The translations under genes and the position numbers were made by a program. DNA of 64,000 nucleotides. Source: an uncultured archaeon. GTDB taxonomy: Archaea; Thermoproteota; Bathyarchaeia; Bathyarchaeales; Bathycorpusculaceae. The stretch's first letter is position 1. Each line of letters begins with the position of its first letter. Under the pieces are notes generated by a model. That model saw nothing but the letters and a program-made list of their open reading frames with translations, was not told the origin of the DNA and did no database searches. This document shows positions 29,659 to 38,529 of the stretch, piece after piece. Where the stretch lies: the NCBI GenBank assembly GCA_963810275.1, contig CAWENF010000003.1, positions 64,001 to 128,000 on the forward strand. Direction: 5' to 3'.

Positions 29659-30666
29659 ATGAAGCTAAAACCCGGCAAAATTCCTGTAGACATCCTAAAA
29701 GACGTGGTCTTCAAGAACCTAGGCGCCGCCCGTCCAGAAGTAGTGTTGGGTCCAGCCTCAGGCATAGACGGTGCAATTCTTGATTTGGGCACAAAAGACG
29801 CAGTGGTCTCCATGGACCCCATTACGGGCGCAGTGGAACACATCGGCATGGAAGCCATCAACATAAACGCCAACGACGTCGCCACATTTGGGGTGGAACC
29901 AGCTTTTTTCTTCAGCTGTATTATGCTTCCACAGAACGCTGATAGCCAAATCATCGAGAAAATCAGCACACAGATGCACCACGCCGCCAGACAACTCGGA
30001 ATCGCAATTGTGGGCGGTCACTGCGAAGTCACCCCAGGTATCCTAAACCCAATCGTTGTCGGCTGTGTTATGGGCTTAACCGAGAAAGGCAAGTACGTGA
30101 CGACAGCAGGGACTAAGGCAGGCGACAAAATTATCTTAACTAAAACGGCGGGCATCGAAGGCACCGCCATACTTGCAACAGACCGCGAAGAACAACTCAA
30201 AAAAGTATTTAGCCAGACACTGCTGGACTGCGCTAAAGGCTTCTACAGCCAAATCAGTGTAGTCAAAGACGCCCTGACCGCTTACAGAGCGGGCGGAGTA
30301 CACGCAATGCATGACCCAACCGAAGGCGGCATCCTAAACGGGGTTCAAGAGATGGCAGACGCAGCGGGCTTGGGTGTAAAGGTGTTTGGTGAAAGGATTA
30401 CGGTGGAGCCTGAAACCGCCAAGATTTGCCGCTACTACGAAATTGACCCGCTTCAGTTAATTAGTTCAGGCGCTTTGCTCATATCAGCTGAACCTAAAGC
30501 CGCCGACAACATTATCGAGAACCTCGCAGAAAAACGCGTCTTTGCGGACGTAATCGGCGAGTTCACAGCTAACCCAAACAAGCGCATCCTACACACAGGC
30601 GACGACCAATCCGAGATACTGCCCAGACCCGAATCAGATCACCTCTGGATAGCCCTAAGCAGATAA
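29659..30666 (+). CDS. AIR synthase-related (PurM/HypE-like) protein
   Basis: MKLKPGK, DPITG, NANDVAT, GGHCE and MHDPTEGG. Confidence 0.85.
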   Translation: MKLKPGKIPVDILKDVVFKNLGAARPEVVLGPASGIDGAILDLGTKDAVVSMDPITGAVEHIGMEAININANDVATFGVEPAFFFSCIMLPQNADSQIIEKISTQMHHAARQLGIAIVGGHCEVTPGILNPIVVGCVMGLTEKGKYVTTAGTKAGDKIILTKTAGIEGTAILATDREEQLKKVFSQTLLDCAKGFYSQISVVKDALTAYRAGGVHAMHDPTEGGILNGVQEMADAAGLGVKVFGERITVEPETAKICRYYEIDPLQLISSGALLISAEPKAADNIIENLAEKRVFADVIGEFTANPNKRILHTGDDQSEILPRPESDHLWIALSR

Positions 30667-30672
30667 AACCAA

Positions 30673-31449
30673 CTAAACTTTATGTAAACCGTTGCGGAAC
30701 CCGTTTAGAGGCAACTGTAACGCCCAGTACACAAAGAAAACCGGGTAAAACAGAACATACTCGTAAAGATGAGAATACACCAAGCAGCAACGCAGCTCCA
30801 AAATAGCCTGTGACAAACCGTTCTTAACGCTCCAGTTGTCAGGCGCCTTATCATGCAGGCAATACACGCTGCTGCCCACCGTCACCTTGTATCCGCGGCT
30901 CTCAATGTACCGCACGAGGTATGCGTCCTCGTAGAGGTGAAGTTCATCTGGAATTGTTATGCCCTCCACAGCTTTGCGCAGAATAAGCGTATCGTGCATG
31001 CCACCCCTCAGCTTAAAGCACCGCCGAGCCACTATCGTCTGCACCTTTAAGATTCGCTTGTTTCTGATATTAGGCAGCAAATCAATGTTTACGCCCCACA
31101 CTGCACCCACACCATCCACTAAGTCCTTCAGAACGTTTTTGAACCAGTATTTGCTGAGCAACACGTCACTGTCTAAAAACAGGAACCAATCCGTTGTGAC
31201 TCTACGTATACCCTCTGTTCGCGCAGCCGCCCTGGACCCCTTCATCTGGTAAAGCTGAACGTTATGATGTTTGCGATTGAACGTTTCGACGATTTGAAGT
31301 GTTCTGTCGGTTGAGTAGCCATCGATTACGATGAGGTTGTTTACAGGAACATTTTTGTAAACCGAGTTGAGACATTGGGCGAGAAGGTGCGCACTGTTTT
31401 TTGTTAGTACCACAACATCGACTTTGAGGGGAACCTGCAAAGATATCAT
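30673..31449 (-). CDS. Glycosyltransferase family 2
   Basis: IDGYSTDRT, FLDSD and ED motifs; paralog of 31491-32228. Confidence 0.85.
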   Translation of the reverse strand: MISLQVPLKVDVVVLTKNSAHLLAQCLNSVYKNVPVNNLIVIDGYSTDRTLQIVETFNRKHHNVQLYQMKGSRAAARTEGIRRVTTDWFLFLDSDVLLSKYWFKNVLKDLVDGVGAVWGVNIDLLPNIRNKRILKVQTIVARRCFKLRGGMHDTLILRKAVEGITIPDELHLYEDAYLVRYIESRGYKVTVGSSVYCLHDKAPDNWSVKNGLSQAILELRCCLVYSHLYEYVLFYPVFFVYWALQLPLNGFRNGLHKV

Positions 31450-31490
31450 CTCATTAATGAGGACTGTTTGCTTTTAAACGTAAACCCAAA

Positions 31491-32228
31491 TTACGATGGT
31501 TCCTGAACAAACAACTGATAAATTGAGTACGCAGCATAGAAGCCGTAGGCAAAAAGCAGCTTGGCGATTAGACGAGGGCTGCCAATGCGCAGCGCCTCAG
31601 AAATTAAGCCAAGGCTCCCTTTAAACGTCCAAACAGTTTGCGGGCGGTAGTGGATGCAAAATGGACTGTAGCAGGCGACGACACGAAACCCTTTGCTTGC
31701 AATCCAGTCCTTGATGTAGGCATCCTCAAAAACGTGAAGGTTTGGGGGGATTTTAATGTCTTTAACGAGGATAGTACGAATAAGAGTGTCGTGGGTGCCG
31801 CCTCGGACTTCAAAGATGCGTCTCGTAGTTGTCAAGAACAGTCGAATCGCTTTGCTGCTTGAAAGAGTGGACCAAACTTCGATGCCCCACACTGCACCCA
31901 CGTCGGGCTGCATGTATTGTTGAGCTTTTTTGTACCAGTCGGCGCAGAGCACGACGTCGCTGTCCACGAACATGAACCATTCGGCGGTGACAGCTTGGAT
32001 GCCTTTTTGGCGGGCGGTGGCGCGGGTACCCTTGTCCATGATGACGCGTATGTTACCGTACTTTTTGTTAAATTCCTCGATGATTTCAAGCGTGTCGTCA
32101 GTGGAGTAGCCGTCAACCACTATAAGCTGAGCGACTGGGATATTTTGGTAGATGGACTCAACGCACCGCTTAAGCATTCGTTGGCTGTTTTTGGTTAAAA
32201 GCACGACGTCCACTTTTTCATCCACCAT
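31491..32228 (-). CDS. Glycosyltransferase family 2
   Basis: VDGYSTDDT, FVDSD and FED. Confidence 0.85.
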   Translation of the reverse strand: MVDEKVDVVLLTKNSQRMLKRCVESIYQNIPVAQLIVVDGYSTDDTLEIIEEFNKKYGNIRVIMDKGTRATARQKGIQAVTAEWFMFVDSDVVLCADWYKKAQQYMQPDVGAVWGIEVWSTLSSSKAIRLFLTTTRRIFEVRGGTHDTLIRTILVKDIKIPPNLHVFEDAYIKDWIASKGFRVVACYSPFCIHYRPQTVWTFKGSLGLISEALRIGSPRLIAKLLFAYGFYAAYSIYQLFVQEPS

Positions 32229-32232
32229 AACG

Positions 32233-32883
32233 TTACCTCTTTGCCGCTAACCTCACAGTCAACCCGTAAGCTGGAATAGGAAACGACTTAAAAAACAGGT
32301 TGCCCCCCAGCCGTAACGGCAAATCATAGTAAACCCCAACCTCCAAACGATCATACCCCAAAATATCCGTGAAAAGTCGCTTCCATGCCCCAGGCGACTT
32401 AGCATTTATGTGTGTATCATCATAATCGCCAGTCAAGGTGCGCACAAACTTCTCCACCTTTTTGTTAGGCGTAGTACAAACCAGAACCCCTCTGCAAACC
32501 TCAAACATACCCGCCAGCGCCTTCTCGGGGTTAGGCAGATGCTCAAGCACATCAAAGCAGGTAACCAAATCAAAACCACCGCTAACTGGCAACGGTGTTT
32601 GGGCGTCACAAACCAAAAAATCACCGCCACACAAGGCTTTCGCCTGTTTAGTGCCCCACGCCGAAATATCCAGGCCCACTGCGTCATATCCTAAGCCCTC
32701 CAATACATTAGTAGAGTAACCACACGCGCAGCCCACATCCAAAGCCCGCTTGCCCACCCCCGACAGGAGGTTAACTTGGAGTTTATTATTTGCCCAATGT
32801 AAAACTTCCAGTACATGCCGCTCCAGCAGCCGCTGCTTATACGTGTACATACGGTCTGCAAAGTAGTCTTGTGTGTACCCCAA
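32233..32883 (-). CDS. Class I SAM-dependent methyltransferase
   Basis: LDVGCACG, GLDIS, FDLVTCFDVLEHL and TTPN. Confidence 0.85.
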   Translation of the reverse strand: MGYTQDYFADRMYTYKQRLLERHVLEVLHWANNKLQVNLLSGVGKRALDVGCACGYSTNVLEGLGYDAVGLDISAWGTKQAKALCGGDFLVCDAQTPLPVSGGFDLVTCFDVLEHLPNPEKALAGMFEVCRGVLVCTTPNKKVEKFVRTLTGDYDDTHINAKSPGAWKRLFTDILGYDRLEVGVYYDLPLRLGGNLFFKSFPIPAYGLTVRLAAKR

Positions 32884-33006
32884 ATATGTCGCCTAAAAGT
32901 AGAGTGTAACTGTTCTCTTTTATACTCACGCCAAAAAACGTTTAAGCCCACAACATCAACGTTTCGATAAAGCCGTAGAGTTGAAGATAGTTTTTATATT
33001 GCCAAC

Positions 33007-34086
33007 TTGAATACAATTAAACAACAATTAATCCGGCTAGTGACGAATGATTTGACTTCAGGTCTGAAGAAAGCTACATCTTTAGCAGCACGCTCCATGA
33101 AATCAGGTAAACCCCACCATGCACAGTGGCTGGTTACCCGCAAATGCAATTACCGATGCGTAGGATGCAATGTCTGGAAAGAACAAGACCAAAACGAGTT
33201 ATCCACCGAAGAAATAAAACGAGGTCTAGACTGCCTAAAAAAAGCAGGAATAATCGAGCTGGTTCTTTCAGGCGGCGACCCCCTGCTCAGACCTGACATC
33301 GGCGAAATCATCGACTACGCCTCTGAGCGCTTCGTCACCACTGTCTATGACAACGGAAGCATGGCAGCAAAAAAAGTTGAGTTGCTGCATAAAGTGGATT
33401 TCGTGGCATTATCCATCGACAGCCTTGACGAGGCAAAAAACGACGCCATCAAAGCGATGCCCGGCGCATGGAAAAACGCTATGAACTCAGTGGAGGTCCT
33501 TCAGAAAGCTGGAGTCAAGGTAGCGGTTACGCCAACGATTTCTCAGAAAAACCTCTACGAAATCATAGACTTAACAAATTACTTTACGGGCAGGGGCATC
33601 CCAGTTTGGTACTGCCTCTATACCTATGACACTTCAGAGGATTCAAAGCAGCTTTTCCGGATCGGCAAAGCAAACGACGAGTTTATCATAACCGACAAAA
33701 AAGCCGTGGTGGAGCTTTTTAACCAGCTTATGGAGCTAAGAAAGAAAAACGACAAAGTCCTAATGACCACAAAGCTACTTAAAACTCTACGCAGCCTCTT
33801 TGACGAGGAAAAGCGCACCTGGAAATGTCAGGCGCTCACCAACTTTTTGGTGGTAGACCATTTGGGCAGGATTGCGGGTTGTCACAGCCAAAACTTTGTG
33901 GGAACCGTGTTTGATTTGCCCCAGAAATGGAATAGTGAGGAATTCAAGGAGTTACGCAAAAGCTATAACGACTGTGAACGCTGTAATTACCTTTGTTACG
34001 TGTTCTATTCGCTTTACGGAAGTCCAAGCGGGCACCTCTCGCTGGCAAGAGAGCAGTGGAAAAACGCAAAGTTACTCCTTAAATAG
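33007..34086 (+). CDS. Radical SAM protein with C-terminal SPASM/twitch-like cysteines
   Basis: CNYRCVGC and SGGDP; C-terminal C..GC..CERCNYLC. Confidence 0.85.
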   Translation: MNTIKQQLIRLVTNDLTSGLKKATSLAARSMKSGKPHHAQWLVTRKCNYRCVGCNVWKEQDQNELSTEEIKRGLDCLKKAGIIELVLSGGDPLLRPDIGEIIDYASERFVTTVYDNGSMAAKKVELLHKVDFVALSIDSLDEAKNDAIKAMPGAWKNAMNSVEVLQKAGVKVAVTPTISQKNLYEIIDLTNYFTGRGIPVWYCLYTYDTSEDSKQLFRIGKANDEFIITDKKAVVELFNQLMELRKKNDKVLMTTKLLKTLRSLFDEEKRTWKCQALTNFLVVDHLGRIAGCHSQNFVGTVFDLPQKWNSEEFKELRKSYNDCERCNYLCYVFYSLYGSPSGHLSLAREQWKNAKLLLK

Positions 34087-34324
34087 TCTCAGTTTCTAAA
34101 CTTGGAAGCACATCCAGAAATCCCACAGGTAAAAAAAAGGGGTTATTTGTGCATTCTTCTATATTGACTACTCGGGAGAACTTTGTGACTTCATTGCATC
34201 CACTTATGAAGCGCGGACCAGCATCTTTGGGATATCTGAGTTCTATGATGGCAGGTAGAAACATTATGACTACGGTTAAAGCGGCAGTTCCCACGATCAA
34301 AGCTAAAAGCGATTCTAATCCCAA
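34079..34324 (-). CDS. Small membrane protein
   Basis: N-terminal TM helix followed by ELRYPKDAGPR; overlaps the stop of the GT2 gene. Confidence 0.5.
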   Translation of the reverse strand: MGLESLLALIVGTAALTVVIMFLPAIIELRYPKDAGPRFISGCNEVTKFSRVVNIEECTNNPFFLPVGFLDVLPSLETETI

Positions 34325-35652
34325 ATCGAGTTTACCTCCAATGTTAAATCACCATCTGCAACCAAATCGCCGTTTCCCGAATGGGGAGTTTTAGCCCAGA
34401 CCAAAACATCTTTCCGGATTATCTTTTCCCGAAGCACCGCTAAAGAAGCAAAGATACATATGAAAAGGTTGTAAAAGAAAGTAACGATAGAGAGAGGGAT
34501 TAGCCACTGAGTTCTTTTGCGGTTATCCAAGTATAAACCTACACCAACTTCGAAGAAGGGGGCAAAGTTACCGATAAAGCTGTAGAAGGAAATGGGTAAG
34601 ATAATACAGAAGGCGGGTACAATCAGCGGCGATATGTTGAAAATACTGGTTCCACAGGCAATCAGCCCCAATCCGACCATGAAAGAAAAAAACACGATAA
34701 TGGGCATGAAGTATAGGTTTAAAAGTAGCAACCCGTCAATTTTCTGTTTAAGGTTCAGTTTACTAGAGGCTATAACAGGCAAGAAATGTTTGCAGAAGCA
34801 CTGCATGTGACCTTTGGCCCAACGGTACCTTTGCCTGTAGTAAGCGCCCCAATTATCCACCGCCTCCTCGTAGCATTCAGCATCGACATCATACTTTATT
34901 TTGTAACCAGCAAGGTAGATGCGGAAAGTCAAATCGGTGTCCTCAGCTAAAACCGATTCATCCCAGCCTCCGAGCTGCCTAAGTATACCGCTTCTAAAAC
35001 CACCAACAGTACCGCCAAATTGAGTAATCAACCCCAAAATGTCACGCGCTTCTTGGTCTACGCGGTACCCGCCTACACGCTCCAGAGCCACCAACCGTGT
35101 CAAAAAGTTTTTCGATTCATTTTGAACAACAACTCTTCCCTGAACAGCCCCTACTTTGGGGTCTGCAAAGGCGCTTACAAGCCGTCCCAGAAGATTTTTG
35201 GGCGGAAAATAGTCAGCGTCAAAGCATAATGTTACTTCGCCAGTAGCCCTTTGAAAGCCGTCGTTCATAGCTGCGGATTTACCTTTACCGCCGACATCAC
35301 TATTTCGGTTAACCACAGATATATAGGGGTATTTGGCAGCGTATTCAGATGCTATTTTTTCAGTTTTATCAACGGAGGCATCGTTTATCACAATTACTTG
35401 AAGCTTGTTTTTAGGGTAAGCTGTCGCTGTTAGCCGTTGAAGGATTCGCCCGATTACTTTTTCTTCATTGCATGCTGGGATTAGAACCGTAACTGAAGGA
35501 TCATACTTTATGTTTTCTGAAGTCTCTTTTACAGCGGCGGGTTTATTGGATTTTCTCAGTACTGTCAGGGTGAAAATGTAGTGTCTGACAAGGTAAGCTA
35601 ACGTCAAAGCGATTGAGCTCAGGAAGAACACTTCAAGCAGTTCAATAATCAC
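34315..35652 (-). CDS. Processive GT2 (cellulose synthase/PgaC-like) membrane glycosyltransferase
   Basis: D,D,D,QxxRW signature (NDAS, FDAD, AEDTD, QRYRW) and TM helices. Confidence 0.9.
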   Translation of the reverse strand: MIIELLEVFFLSSIALTLAYLVRHYIFTLTVLRKSNKPAAVKETSENIKYDPSVTVLIPACNEEKVIGRILQRLTATAYPKNKLQVIVINDASVDKTEKIASEYAAKYPYISVVNRNSDVGGKGKSAAMNDGFQRATGEVTLCFDADYFPPKNLLGRLVSAFADPKVGAVQGRVVVQNESKNFLTRLVALERVGGYRVDQEARDILGLITQFGGTVGGFRSGILRQLGGWDESVLAEDTDLTFRIYLAGYKIKYDVDAECYEEAVDNWGAYYRQRYRWAKGHMQCFCKHFLPVIASSKLNLKQKIDGLLLLNLYFMPIIVFFSFMVGLGLIACGTSIFNISPLIVPAFCIILPISFYSFIGNFAPFFEVGVGLYLDNRKRTQWLIPLSIVTFFYNLFICIFASLAVLREKIIRKDVLVWAKTPHSGNGDLVADGDLTLEVNSIWD

Positions 35653-36044
35653 TTTTTAGCGACTCCTTCAACAGCATCAATCGTAGTGAGCTTAGTTAAA
35701 CTGAAAGACCAGAACGTTATTACCCAGAAAATGTTGAGGAAAGGGTAAGCGACAGTATAGAACAGACTTAGCCAAACCGGCTGAACGTCTTGGGTAATTG
35801 CCACTTGCACTGCCAAAAGATGAAAAGCGCAGTTCCAAATCATGCCCAAAACGTTTCCTGCGAATAGGAGGGCGAGTTTGGCAAATTTGCCCCCCTTTAG
35901 TTGGGTGAAGAGGATTATGAAGATAATATCAAAAATCAGCAGTGTAGCAAAAGATTGGAGGTCAATCCAACGATAAGTTATTGTTAGACAAATCGCCAGA
36001 AGCGCACAGAGTAAAATAAGAGTTAGTTTAGTAATTATCTTCAC
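35649..36044 (-). CDS. Four-TM membrane protein
   Basis: Hydrophobic 131-aa ORF overlapping the GT2 start. Confidence 0.6.
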   Translation of the reverse strand: MKIITKLTLILLCALLAICLTITYRWIDLQSFATLLIFDIIFIILFTQLKGGKFAKLALLFAGNVLGMIWNCAFHLLAVQVAITQDVQPVWLSLFYTVAYPFLNIFWVITFWSFSLTKLTTIDAVEGVAKK

Positions 36045-36162
36045 TCGTTCCCTTCTCTCCAGTCTCCCTACATAGCTGAGAAATTTGATTTACATAATTT
36101 AATTTTTAAATTATAAGTAACAAAATTATAGAAGAAAGTTCTACTGGGCGCAGAATGTTTAA

Positions 36163-36774
36163 TCAAGTCGGAGGAATCGAGAAAACAACGTTGTCAATCA
36201 CGTGGCACAGAACCTCAAACACTTCGTTAGCTGACAAGTTATCCGTATCTAAAACAAAATCAAACGGCGTCAAATCTTCTCCAAGTAAAAACCCGTAAAG
36301 CGACTTGTATATCATTTTGGTATGCCCTTCTTTTTCACCGAGAACCTGCACCGCTTCCTGATATGACAGACGATCTCGTTCAGCTACTCTTTGCGCTCGC
36401 TTCTCAAAAGAAGCTTCCAACCAAATTTTGAATCCACCCTTAAGCAGCCAGGGCATAGTCCAACTGTCCAAAAGCACGTTGCCTTGCTTGGCAAACTCTA
36501 AGAGTTTATCGTCCACCGCCTTGTCAAATTTTGGGTCTGTTTTACGTTTAGCCAAAAAAGATAGACCAACGGGGCTTTCCCACCATCCCTGAACAGAGAT
36601 ATCGTAGCCTTCCTGCTTTGCTAACTCTTTTAATGCATCGCCGCCCGAGTAATAACGTAAACCGTATTTATGCGCCAGTTTTTTGGCAAGAGTGCTTTTT
36701 CCCGTGCCAGCCATGCCGGAGATGCAGATTACTTGCTGCTCGGTAGCTTGAAGGTTTTTTTGTGGGTCAGCCAT
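36163..36774 (-). CDS. cmk: Cytidylate kinase (archaeal type)
   Basis: ISGMAGTGKST, KIWLEAS and DFVLDTD; usual position after DUF106. Confidence 0.85.
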   Translation of the reverse strand: MADPQKNLQATEQQVICISGMAGTGKSTLAKKLAHKYGLRYYSGGDALKELAKQEGYDISVQGWWESPVGLSFLAKRKTDPKFDKAVDDKLLEFAKQGNVLLDSWTMPWLLKGGFKIWLEASFEKRAQRVAERDRLSYQEAVQVLGEKEGHTKMIYKSLYGFLLGEDLTPFDFVLDTDNLSANEVFEVLCHVIDNVVFSIPPT

Positions 36775-36798
36775 TTTACTTTACGTCTCACGAGATTA

Positions 36799-37734
36799 TT
36801 ACTGAGTGTTGTCTATGGGCATGATACCGATGATGCGGGAAGCGATTAAACCCAAGAACAGAGAGCAGATGGGGTATAGCCAGACAACTGCAATCGGACC
36901 AAAGCCGGGCAGGTAAGCTAGACTTGTGTTTCCGAAAGTAGGAATCAAAACCAGGAACCAAACAATGAGGTACAAAAAGGATATACCTATTTGAAGCATC
37001 TGTGGCTTCATCATTTTAGATTGCATATTGTTGATTTGGGACTGTTTGCGTTTAAGCTTCTCCATCTGTTTCTTGTCGTTCGCTCTTGCTGCAGCCATCT
37101 GTTCGGAACGGAATTCAGCCATCTCTTTTTGCATTACACGATACTGTTCCCAGCCGATGAAGTAGTTGATTAGGATCCGGTTGATGCCACTGTTGAGAAA
37201 GGCGATGCCGACTGCAATGCCTAAAATCGCCAGCACGGGCAGAAATGATGTGATTTGAAGTTTATAAGAGGAATTTATCGTTGAGGTTGCGCCGCCGGCT
37301 GAAATAACTTTAGTTGCCCAAGTGTAGTCGCCGGCTACCTGAGCGTTATGAGCTTCGAAAGTCAAAGTGACGCTTTGCCCGTTAGATAAGCCGCTACCAG
37401 AGGTTTCTGCCAAGATTACTCCATCAGCAGTGTCCACGTTCCAGTTTCCTGATACAGGTTGTTGGCTAACTTGCAAATTAGAAATTCCAAGATACTCAGC
37501 AGGCATGGTTATATTTGCACCAGTTATGCTGTCTGCACCGGTATTAGTCAGAGTAAACGTGTAAGACGATTCGGAGTTGACGGTTGGATCGGAGGCAGAT
37601 ATGGAGGTCTCAAAATTCAATGTGGATTGCGCTTCTGCAGTGCATACATAGGCGGTGAAAGCGGAAACGGCCAGCAGGGTTACCAGCGTTATCAGCAAGA
37701 GTTTTTTGTGTGTGTTCATGCCACTGTGCCTCAC
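36799..37734 (-). CDS. EMC3/TMCO1 (DUF106, Oxa1 superfamily) insertase with an extra N-terminal exported domain
   Basis: C-terminal TM, coiled coil (MQKEMAEF..MEKLKRKQ..MMKPQM) and two more TMs; N-terminal signal peptide plus ~130-aa beta-rich domain. Confidence 0.8.
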   Translation of the reverse strand: MRHSGMNTHKKLLLITLVTLLAVSAFTAYVCTAEAQSTLNFETSISASDPTVNSESSYTFTLTNTGADSITGANITMPAEYLGISNLQVSQQPVSGNWNVDTADGVILAETSGSGLSNGQSVTLTFEAHNAQVAGDYTWATKVISAGGATSTINSSYKLQITSFLPVLAILGIAVGIAFLNSGINRILINYFIGWEQYRVMQKEMAEFRSEQMAAARANDKKQMEKLKRKQSQINNMQSKMMKPQMLQIGISFLYLIVWFLVLIPTFGNTSLAYLPGFGPIAVVWLYPICSLFLGLIASRIIGIMPIDNTQ

Positions 37735-37844
37735 GAATTTACTTACTATTTAGTTATTATTATGCTTAGCCTACATTGTCCTTGTTAATAACTATTTCAC
37801 TTGTTTACAAACAAGACAACCGCAAGTAAAACAAATAAAAGATG

Positions 37845-38384
37845 CTAGTTTTGGGCAAGTTTAGCGACTTCATGTCCCCAAGCTTCAATGGCTATCCAGT
37901 CTCGTGTGTCATGAACCCTGGCGGTATCCAAGCCGTTTTTGCGCAAGTTCCTTCGGTTAACTCTAACGATAATATCAACTATCAAACCGTGACTGTAACT
38001 AAAATCCATCAAGCACCCAAAGTAACCAACCGCAATTGGAGATAACCCATATTTCTCTGCAGTGTCCGTGAGGTAACGTTTTTTGCCTACATCGTAGCCT
38101 TCGTCTTTGCGGTCAGCCATTGAGCAACTAACGAACAACGCCATTTTTTTGCTTTTCAATGAAGACAGGTTGTTCTCTATGAATGCAATGGATTCTTTAG
38201 TCCATTTGTCAGAACTCAAACCGCTCCCGATAAGTACTAAATCATAATCCTCGATGCTGGCGGTGGCTTTTTTTGCGTCAACAACTTCTACAGTAAAGCC
38301 ATCGTCTTGGAGGGCTTTGGCGATTGTTTTGGCAACTTTTTCTGTGCCGCCCCATCTGGTTCCGTAAACAATTAACGTATTCAA
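37845..38384 (-). CDS. Flavodoxin domain protein (HemG-like)
   Basis: LIVYGTRWGGTEKVA, YDLVLIGS and DTRDW. Confidence 0.8.
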   Translation of the reverse strand: MNTLIVYGTRWGGTEKVAKTIAKALQDDGFTVEVVDAKKATASIEDYDLVLIGSGLSSDKWTKESIAFIENNLSSLKSKKMALFVSCSMADRKDEGYDVGKKRYLTDTAEKYGLSPIAVGYFGCLMDFSYSHGLIVDIIVRVNRRNLRKNGLDTARVHDTRDWIAIEAWGHEVAKLAQN

Positions 38385-38529
38385 CTTTCTTTGTTCTTCC
38401 CATTATAGATTAAGCAAAACGTTTTCGGATGCTTATTAATTCATCCGTGTAAACCAGCAAATATCAATAGCTTAAAATCTAGCACAAGTGATCTATATTA
38501 GAAATAAAAAAAGAAATGGAAGGGGTTGT

